Assembly (NCBI RefSeq): GCF_022539665.2 | Contig: NC_081331.1 | Coordinates: 10,354,001-10,418,000 of the forward strand | Source of the DNA: Daphnia carinata | Taxonomy: Eukaryota | Reading direction: 5' to 3' | DNA: 64,000 nucleotides | In this document: positions 35,644-45,725 of the stretch, piece by piece | How the letters are laid out: every line of letters starts with the position of its first letter | How positions within the stretch are numbered: position 1 is the stretch's first letter | The notes under the pieces: generated by a model | Told to the model about the DNA's origin: nothing | What the model saw: the letters and a program-made list of their open reading frames with translations, nothing else | Databases searched by the model: none | Translations under genes and position numbers: made by a program

Positions 35644-37395
35644 AATACGCGGAAATACACAGGCAACTGATGGAGGGAAATTCAATTCCGTACTTCAAAT
35701 TATTGTAACTTTTCGTCATCACATCCCAACCAGAAACCTTCGCAGGTTCACTATTGCTATTAATCTAAATTAAGAAAATAAAACATAGATAAGCATGAGA
35801 CGTTCTTATTGATATCGCTTACATGGTACATAAATTCATCATCTGCCATATTCCTGTAGATTCCTGGCAGGAGCTTCTAAAAGGCTATGCAGTTGCAAAT
35901 GATCACCATAGCCAAAAGTTGAATACGAAAGTTTGGAAGAACCCTTCGTGTTGGACACAGAGATCTTCCATGGCTTTCCGGTTTGACGTTCCATGCACCA
36001 TAAAAAGCAGATAGGTTACAAAGTTGGTTGTTTTGATCACTAAACGTTAAGGTAAACAATGTACCTGGTCTCGGCAGTCTTGACAACAATTTCCATTATA
36101 ACATCATATCACCTGATTTTATGGAAAAAGAATTTCGTAGGCGACAATTCAGAATAGAAATGGTTCCACTCAAATCTATTGACAGGTGAGGTGACTTTAG
36201 CTTCAACCAAAAAATCTGGAAGGATGTTTTCTAGAAAAATTATTTTTTTACTATGCTAAAAATGTTAAAATTTGGATTGTGTTGTACCATTTTTAGCAGG
36301 ATTTTACTCAAAGGAAGGAATGTCGCCTTAGGGAGTGCAAACCGCGATTTTCAAAACTATTAAATGCTTGTTAGCCATTGAAAGATTGCTGGCAACGTTT
36401 GGGACATGATTAATGAGCTGCTTCGTGGATAAAGCTCGTTTTTTTAGTCCTCTCCAGCGTGACATGAATTCCAGCATGTTCTACACATGTATCAGCACTT
36501 AGCTATACACCAATTAAGACAATTAAAAAATTTAAAATAGTACCACCTTTTAATGTTTTTGACTCCACGATTCATCTTCGTTGCAATTGTGAAGGCAAGA
36601 CAACTGACCTATGGTGATTTATTCATTGCACTTGCCATAACCGTTTTCCCAATGTATCAGCTTTTCTGCCAACAGTAGTTTACTAATACAACATTGACGA
36701 TTAAAATTAGAAAACTAAACAAACTCAGCAGAAAAGCATTACCAGGGAGTAACATCTTTCATGTTGACGAAGAGTCCTCGGTTTATCATGTACATGGCAG
36801 AATATCCACATTGCCTGTATGGCACAATCCTTTGCGTAATCACACAAATAGTAACTAAAACATACTGAATTGAAACAAAATTTAAATGAAGTTTTACCCA
36901 ACAGCCGGCTGCACCTCTGAATTCCAAAACTATGTCTACACATTCATATCAAGCTTTTCCAGCATGTCTCACCTTTGGCATTTGTTTAAATCATTTCTTC
37001 AAAAAATTTTAATAAATGTAAATAAAGTAAACAATTGATATTTATGTGACGTCGGAGTACCATTCGGCTGTCAAGCATTCCATACAAGATAGGCATTTTG
37101 AAGAATCAGTGGCAGCAATCAAGTGCTACAATTTGAATATGGGCTAGGTGTTATAGTCCCTGAGGGCTCTCAATCCCTAAACTGAACCTTGCTCACTGAT
37201 GTGACAATCTATAAAAGGATTTTAATCTTAATTAATGAGACATGCAGGATACTGTATAAAATTATAGTAAAGATGGTACCAAATGCTGAGTTACTACAAA
37301 TTTTGCCTGGGAAATCTCCAACTGACCATGTGAAACATAAGTCAGCTGTACTGCATTTGCAAATCCAGTGTTCAAGTAACCATATCCAATCCATG
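35644..37395 (-). pseudogene. Multi-exon gene remnant B inside the TIR element, apparently paralogous to remnant A
   Basis: GT-AG exons with short introns and several in-frame stops (TWIGYGYLNTGFANAVQL..., KLIHWENGYGKC..., ADDEFMYH|INSNSEPAKVSGW). Confidence 0.55.
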
Positions 37396-37759
37396 TCTGA
37401 AGGAATGAATGAGAAAATTAAATAGGAATCTGGCCGCTAGATAGCCATAGCTGTAAAATAGAAAAAAAAGGCCAAAATTTTTTTTTTTTGGGGTAAAACG
37501 GATTGCCATAATATTCAACCAGTTCCAATGAGTGTCAGTTTTTGCAGAAAATTTTTTTAAGCCCGACCGAGAAAAGTCGGGCTTATTTAGTCGGACTCAT
37601 TTAGTCGAGGTTAAAATTTTTTCGGTCAGTATATGTAGAGAATTAACTAGAAATATGACCATTAGATGGCGATAGCAGGGAAACAGAAAAAAAGGCCGAT
37701 ATTTTTTTTTTTTTTGGGGGGGGGGGGGGGTAAAATGGATTGCCATATATATATTGATC

Positions 37760-38150
37760 TTTTTTCTGTTCTACTGCTATCGCCATCTAGCGGCCAGATT
37801 TATAGTTAGTTTCCAACATACACTCAGCGAATATTTCTGCTGCATCGCGCTAGCGCTGTAGCGCACTGGCAAGTATTTATTGCGTTAAATATTCGGTGTA
37901 TTTTAAAACGATTAACTTAATGGAAAACATAGCAATTTTCCCGGAACCAGTATTCAGTTTTGAGTATATGCTGTGAAATTCAACCAATTCCGATGAGTGA
38001 TAGTTTTTGCAGAAAAAATTTTTAAGCCCGACAAAATAAGCCCGACTTTTCTTATATACTTAGCCGGGCTTATTTCGTAGGGTTTAAAAAAATTTTCTGT
38101 TTGTTTTTTGAATAAAAATTTTAAGCCCGGCTAAATAAATAAGCCCGACT
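37760..38150. mobile_element. Further fragment of the same repeat family next to the right TIR
   Basis: CTACTGCTATCGCCATCTAGCGG start, GCTAGCGCTGTAGCG and repeated AAATAAGCCCGAC / TTTAAGCCCG motifs shared with 28735-29188 and 37520-37680. Confidence 0.65.
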
Positions 38151-39555
38151 TTTTTTTCGTTTTTTGCTTTTAATTAAAGAACCATAAGGCCCATTGGAAA
38201 AAAATTTGATTACCGTGATAAGCGTTCAATTCTGAATCAAAATCATGTATTTTAAAAGAAATTTAAAATTTAGCCAAAAATGAAAAAGTGCAAAGGCTAT
38301 AGCCTTACTACTTTTGTCAAAATCAGCCAAAAGTGACATCTCTTGGAACTCGCCTAAAATCACAGAGAATAATCAACATTTAGCGCTGATTTCGATTCCT
38401 TGATTGGTTTCCTCCTGAAACCAGCCGTTTTCCAAATAGAATAAAAAATGTGATTAAGACCCGTAACTTTAATTTTGTTTTTTACGTTTATTTCATTAAT
38501 ACTTATTTAAAAACTATAAGGTCTATTGGCAAATAACTGGATTTCGGTGATTAACATTCAATTCTAAATCGAAATCATGCATGTTAAGCAAAAGTTACAA
38601 TTAGGAAATATCGGTAACGTAAGTTGACGCGCTAGCACTGTGTCCAGCGCAATCGTGGTACAGCACAATATTTGATATATTTTAAGCACAACTGTATTGA
38701 CGAGAAAATAAATGCCTTTCCTGAAACCAGGGTTTCCTTTTGAGTATAGCTGTTACTTGAACAAATATAAAAAATTGTATTAATCTTAAATCAGAGGTTT
38801 TTGTACAAAAAGCTGGGCTATAGTCGAGCTTAAGTAAATTTCCGCTAAAATAAGAATATAGCAAGCTATGCATGATTTCGATTGAGAATTGAAAGACAAT
38901 AATGAAACCTATACCGCTAGGTTGATGAACAGAAGCGACTATGAGCTTCCTATTTTAGACCTTTAGATATCTCCCTTCTAAAAGCAGAGAAGTTAAAAGA
39001 TTAAAATTTGTCATCTTAGTCGAACTTTCAAGCTAGTTATGCGATCTGGAAGTTTAGGGACTTGTTCTATTCAATAAGAAAGGTAGGTTATCATAACGTA
39101 AAATATGGGGTTTGATTTGACGAAAAGAAATACTCCTCTTTTCAGGTCACGCAAAACAAAGTTCAATTAAAAAACGCAATGGACAGCTCACCCTCGAAGG
39201 CATGGATCACCTCTGCATCCCTCTAAAATTAACACATTCCTACATATAAATTATTAAATTCTAACGGTCCGCTCTGTTCAAGATATCAAACAACACACCG
39301 TTAGCCGCTGGCACTCACTCGTTTCCTTTACCCTTTTTTTACCGATTGTTAAAAAAAAAAAAAAATAATGGAGAGAAGAGGTTGAACGACCTGTTGCATG
39401 AATTCCATCCCCCATTCCGTAGCCAGTTGTGCGTTGTACTTGCTTGGAGCAAAGTCAGTTGCAGTGCGTCTGGGTTTTAAATCGACGGGCGCATATTATC
39501 GTCCTTTTCCGGGATAACAATATTGCCTTGCATTGCCTAGGCGACCAGTTTTACC

Positions 39556-41571
39556 ATGGGTAGTGAATTACGTAGATGGACATCCGTCGCACTATTCATT
39601 TTTAGTTTACTTTCCTGCACTACATCGGCAACTGAAAAAGAAAAATTATTGGTGTGGATTCAAGAGCACAGTGATATGTTTGTCATGTTAAAGCATTGGA
39701 ATGATTTACCTCTAATATCCACTGCATGGAAACGACTAAAGACGACTTCTCAGGTGCAGGAAGACCGCAAAAATTTCATAAAGAACGTTGAAAGTTTTCT
39801 TGAGCTTTTCGGAGATGATTTAAAAATCAAGGCAGACAGCAACAGTTCACAAAATGTTCAAATACCTAAACTCAATGCAACTATGGAAGTTGCCTTGTCT
39901 CGTGAAAACTCAACGTCCGGATCTGAGTTGAAAGACAACGCAATGACGTCAGTAGACGGGGATAAAAGCGTTAGTTTAAAAAACGAAACAGATACCAATC
40001 GAGCTACACATTTCGAAATAGAAGCTTTCAAGTGTGAAAATGTCACAACAATAACTGTCAACAAAAATGTTTCCTTAAATTCGTGCACCTGCAATGGTGA
40101 ATAGAATTTAGAATATTCACATTTTCACAGCATGTTAAAAACAATTGATGACTTGTGATTGATAACAGATTCTCAACAATTTGACCAAAGATCTTTCTTA
40201 CGGGATTACGAGGACGAGAAACGCTGGTTGCGAAGTCAGCTAATTCCGTTGAATTATCTGTTTGAAAAACTTAAAACGGTTGAAGACAGTTTTACGAATT
40301 TACAGGTAATGCCTATACGATAGGCCACAGAAATGAGTAGTAGCAAACTACGACCTCCCAATTTTAATTTCTTAATGTGATGTTAATGTTTTTACTTTTC
40401 CTTGTTAATTGTCATAATTATTCACTTTGCTTTGGGCAACATGAACAACACAAGCGAGTCGACTGTACAAACGCGATAAAGAAGGATGAGACAAATAGCA
40501 ATACGACCTCAAGCGCTGATACCGGGGCAGGTAATCCAGATGTCCACCAAGTTCTTTTGCGGCTTGAGAACCTTGAAAAGCTAAGCAAGGTAAGAGAAGT
40601 ACAATTGTCATTTACATACAGTAGATATAAGACGCAGGGAAATAATGATGAAAATTTGAATTTTTATCTCATACTCACATATTCGTAGACGTTTTCTAAA
40701 GAATATGAAAATCTCACTGCGGCAATCGCGTTAATGCAAGAGACCGCTAAGGCAACAAGCGAGAATTTTGAATTGCTTTCAAGCCGCGGTAGGGATTCGT
40801 AAAATTATGCAACTTTTCCTTATTTTCATAATACCTGTTGGTTGATTTTTAGTGTCGGAACTTGCAGTTTCCAAGACTGCTTTAGCCGAGCGCAATAACA
40901 CGGAAGACGTAGGTACATAGATTCATTAAAAATCCGGCCTGTTTCTCCTGCCAGCTGGGTTACAACTTTTGATTCGACTTAAAAATTTAGAATACTGCCC
41001 AGAACACTTAGATGAACGGGTCCCTTGCGCCGAAGTTGGCAATTCTTGCTACTGTTTTTCCAAGTTACAAGTAATATCTCTTGGTTCACTTCGTACTTAT
41101 CTGTTTTGAAGTGTTTTCTTTTAAATTTTCGCAGAAAAATTGGACATCCGCGCAAGAATTTTGTCGAAAAAATGACATGTACTTGTTGAGCCTTGAAACG
41201 CAGAACGAAACTGATTTCATTAATAACTACATTAAAAATTCAGGTAAAAGAAGAAAAAAAGAGCAATCTGTTGCGGCTGATCTCTTACCATTGTGAAACA
41301 AAAAATTCTTTTTGGAAAAGAATAGTACTTAAATTTGGCCTTCTTCATAGGGTTGCCAAAAGATTTTTACTGGACATCAGGAAGCGATGAAGCTATTGAA
41401 GGTCAATGGGTTTGGACTTCGACGCTAGAAAATGTGACCGTCACAAACTGGAGGAACAACCAGCCAGATGGTGGGAAAAAAGAAAACTGTCTATACCTGC
41501 ACAGCCGAGATGATTTCAAATGGGGAGACTGGATGTGCAATTTATCTCAGTATTTCATTTGCGAATGGTAG
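39556..41571 (+). CDS. Secreted C-type lectin (signal peptide, long N-terminal/stalk region, C-terminal CTLD)
   Basis: Exons ~39556-40097, 40170-40305, 40456-40589, 40689-40788, 40853-40912, 40991-41070 (CYCFS), 41135-41243 (NWTSAQEFC..LLSLET), 41351-41571 (YWTSGSD..EGQWVW..NWRNNQPD..ENC..WGDWMC..FICEW). Confidence 0.88.
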
Positions 41572-42782
41572 ATCCATTCAAATGTGCTGGAACACTTAGT
41601 TTAACATCGCTTAACAATGTTGTTATTTTGCGTATTCTGCTTTGTTTTCGGGTTATTGTGGAAGGTGGCAATTACTGGCTAAATATGCTCAATCAAAATT
41701 TGTTTAAAATGAAATAAATACTCTTTGAATATGAAGCGACAGCCTGTCGTTGCTTCTGCTTTTTGGAGTGCGCCATAGTTGCGATAAACGTGAAAGACAC
41801 CCCAAGCAAAACGATAGGGTTTTGACAGCAACCTGATCGCAAATATTGCCGTCGCTCATTCTTGATGGAATTCTTCGCTAATACCTTACGCTGGAACTAT
41901 TGGGACGGTTGTCCACGATCTGTTTGGCCTTTATCTCAAAACTTGGGGAATGGATCTTGAGTTCCTAATGCTATCCACGTTAATCAATCTGCAATAATAG
42001 GTTTTACGAGTTTTTTAAAATGAGTAGGTTAGTTTGCGTTGCTTAATAAATACCACTAGGATTCTACCAATAACCTTTTAACACAAATGCAGGAATTACA
42101 AGAAAGCTTGGCATCCGTGCATCTTCTTGAATAGTTAGAGCTTGGCTGCCTTTAAACAAAACGTCATTAAAACACCGTGCAAGCATTCAGCGGACAGGAA
42201 GGGAAGCAGACCAACTGCAAATAGAAGTGCAACTTGAATGTTAGCCTTGCATCGCCTTTCTTGCCTTGACCTAGTATTTATCGGGGGAAATCTTTACTAA
42301 GACGCGATCTAAAACTATCAACATAAAAAGATATTGTGAACAAATAAACCCTATTACCTGTTTTGGAACATTTCTTTAAAATTGTAAGAAAACGACCTAC
42401 TTTAGAGGACGTACACCTGGTGAGCTCTTAACCTGCGATATTTAATAACCAGGACATCTTGTTTCACAAGAGGATTTGAAAGTTTGGTTAGCGAACTGTC
42501 GTCGTCCTGGTGCAAATCTAATAGGTAGTTCAATTTCTGATTGAACAAAAATGTAATCACCATTGGGTTTGGGCCATTTCCGAGTTCCTACATAAACGAA
42601 GGAACTGGCGTTGAGCAGTCGATGTTGCAAGGATCCTACCACAGTTTGAACAAACGGAAAAGATTTGAAAATTATGGAGCATAGAACAATCGACTATGTA
42701 CTCCTTAGTTGTATCTGAGGCAGTAACAATAAAACTAGAATTTCTGTAAATCAAAACTGAGGGCCAGGGTAAGCTTCTTTCC

Positions 42783-44074
42783 TTATGTTGCTAATCCTCC
42801 AGATACTTCGATGCAATTACCGGTCACGTAGCTACTTCTATCCGAAGCCAAGAAAAGTACCACTTCTGCTACCTCTGAAAAAAGAAGAATAACGTCTTGA
42901 TTCATCCAAGGAATACTTACTTTCTTTTTTTTATTATATAACCTTCAGGTAGGCCCATACGTCCGAACGGAATCAAAGCTTTAAACTTTTCTTTGACTTT
43001 ATCAGGGACAGATTGTACCATTGGCGTTTCAATGAAACCAGGTAAAACGGCGTTACATCTTATGTTGTACCTGGTAATGGGAGAAAAAAGAGTGATATGA
43101 TTTCGAAATATTTTACATAACATTCATAGCAATCTACTAACTTTGCCAATTCTTTGGATACAGATCTCGTAAAAGCTTCAACCCCTGCTTTGCTAGCAGC
43201 ATAGTTGCACTGGCCGACATTTCCTGTTTTGCCAATAATCGAGGCAATGTTGATGATACTGCTTTTTGGAAGTTTATCATCTAACATGGCAGCTGATGCA
43301 GCTTGTGTGACCAGAAATGTACCCTACGATGAAAGGTACACAATAAATGGTAGATGTATATCTAAAGCCTGTTTTATAATTTGCTGTAAGTTTCAGTGTA
43401 GTAACCAGATAAACCAATACCATACCTTAAGGTTGACATTCATCACAGCATTCCAGCTGTTTTCATCCATTTTAAGTAAGAAGTTATCCCTTGTGATTCC
43501 AGCTGAATTAACAACTATGGAAGGTGCAGCATTGAACTTTCCTCTGATATCTACAATAAGTGACTGGACTGATCTGCCTACCTACTCAAAAGATGAAAAT
43601 TCAGTGCAATAAGAAGCCATTAGTATTAAAACGGGGAAAGAATATCTTAGTAGAAATGCTACCGAGACATCCACAGGTAGGGCCAAGTGTTCATATCTAC
43701 CTCCTGGAAGATCATAACTGTAAAAAAAAATTAAAAGAAACACAAATAAATAGTGCAGAATTACCTATATCATCAAGATGCTTCTTGGTTTCCTCCGCAG
43801 CTATTGAGTTTAGGTCTGTAACAACCACTCTGGCTCCTTCTCTGGCTAAAACATGGCATACAGCTCTTCCAATACCACTTCCACCACCTACACACGAGAC
43901 ACAAAATGGCAAATCAATTGATTTCTACAAATGTATGTGATAGGTATGATAGGCTTTTCAGAAAAGTGGGCCAAAGGTTGAAATTGAATATGCTAGATCA
44001 GTAATGCGAATTATCAGATTATTACCAGTAACAAGGGCAAGCCTGCCTGACAGCAATCCAATTGGAGAGGCCAT
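42783..44074 (-). CDS. HSD17B8: Short-chain dehydrogenase/reductase, HSD17B8 (estradiol 17-beta-dehydrogenase 8 / KAR alpha) like
   Basis: LALVTG|GGSGIG Rossmann motif, [36 protein letters not shown] (YxxxK), [29 protein letters not shown] at 44074, stop at 42783. Confidence 0.9.
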
Positions 44075-44192
44075 GATGATAGATTAAGATATACTAACAC
44101 AAATAACAAGGAGATAAAATTAGTTGCACTTTGCCGAACCTGGAAAGCCGTAGGGTAAGTGTTCAGGGGGGAAACATTTGTTTTCGGAGGCC

Positions 44193-44208
44193 AACGCCAC
44201 CTGCTGGC
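44193..44208 (-). promoter_or_regulatory. Putative CTCF site (GCCAGCAGGTGGCGTT)
   Basis: Close match to the CCASYAGRKGGCR consensus; lies just upstream of HSD17B8, between the housekeeping cluster and the GATA locus. Motif match only. Confidence 0.4.
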
Positions 44209-45725
44209 TAAAGATTAAAACAATAAATTTTTTATTATTATTACTTTTTCTTGTTAAAGTCCACTGCCGCGAACATTGCATGAACTGATATCTTTTGCCA
44301 TTTGACCGAAGACGCAATGCTGAGAAGCCTTGCAAAAATCTAAGAACTTTACCTTTCTTGCGTATGCTTACAGACAATGACATAATACCGCACCATATAA
44401 AATAAAAAAAAGAAGCATCCATTAGCTTTGCGAAAAGCTTTATGGAAAACGAATTGTTTTTCATCAATAACGATTTTTTGAAAACTCTGATCTAGTGTTG
44501 TTTTCGACAGTTGTTCGTAGAAGAACACCACCTACATAGCGCACATCTTCTCAGTATGATTTTGTTCGCCTATCAGTAAGATTACGTCCAGCAACACCGC
44601 ATAACATTATTCACTAAGTACAAGAAAGTACTGCTTTTAGCATCCGCGGGAAGTGCTGTCGAAAACAAGTTGCTTCGCTGCTTTTTGTACACTGTCGTTG
44701 ACGTGCTGGCACTTGTGTTGCCAGCCGTGACGAAGCCAATGATTTCGTGTAAACTGATGGAAGGATGCGCTTGGCATTGATAGAAACGCAGTTGTATTGC
44801 GTATCGAGAATAACGAAACATCAATGAACCAGGTACTCACCACGAGCTACATGAATCATTGTAACTGTGTTGCAGGAATTTCAAACAACCTTCAACCCGC
44901 GATTTCTCGACGCCACTTATGTTTGCCACTGCCAAACTTGAACAACCCCACAGAAAGGCAAGCCATGTTTTTGGGAGAGAACATAGAACCGGGAAAAAGC
45001 CAAAGCTTAAACTTTCAAAAAAGGATTGGTCGTTCTCGTCCTAAGCCAATTGAATCCACATAACTCACATGCTAATAAATTAGCCTTTTTTTTTTCTTTA
45101 AACGGATATTGCTAACTACAACAACACGGGTTCCATCCCTTAGCTTTTTAAAACTCAAACTATTTTCACAAAAATCGCAGAAACTGTTTTGCGGAAAAAA
45201 ACAAAACAAAAGATGTCATTAGATTTTTGGCAGATTTATTGATAACATCGAATATGAGAACAATGATAGTAGCACTTTGTTTTCGTCGCCATGTTTCAAC
45301 AGCACCCAAGAAGTCACAGTATTCAATAAAATTTTTTTTTTTAAACAACCAAACAAATTGTTCTCTATATATGTAAACTGTACGTTTGAATGATTTTCAA
45401 AGTTTGCCGGTCGCCATAAAGATAATGTAATAACCGTACAAAAATTTGAAATACAAGAACACGACGTGACGCAACCAGTTACTATAAACAAAACGCCTTC
45501 CCGTTTCCCCCAGTAGTCACAATTTCATCGCTAGAGACTAATCAATTTTGAATAAATTTTTCTAAAAGGTAAAACAAAATCATTTTCTGTTGTTGTTACT
45601 ATTATTATTTAAATGCACTAACACGAGAACAAAATGAAAGGAAAAAACCGAAAACTATTCACCAGAACCGGCAACGTTCTTGATATCTTCGCCAGCTTGT
45701 TATTAGAGGCTTCATTGCACATTGA

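Larger units (their letters stand above)
32092..37747. mobile_element. Decayed TIR DNA transposon or nested composite, termini (T)ATGGCAATCCRTTTTA / TAAAAYGGATTGCCAT(A)
   Basis: Left-end motif at 32092, 32148, 32215 and 32231; right-end motif ending at 37510 and 37747. The outermost pair also share an inner poly-C/poly-A tract in inverted orientation. Interior holds two spliced gene remnants with stop codons and a central palindrome. Superfamily not established. Confidence 0.7.

Noticed and set aside
41750..42760. Short ORFs between the lectin and HSD17B8 (e.g. 42442-42642, 42557-42754)
   Set aside because: No consistent exon chain or recognisable domain; may be UTR or decayed sequence.
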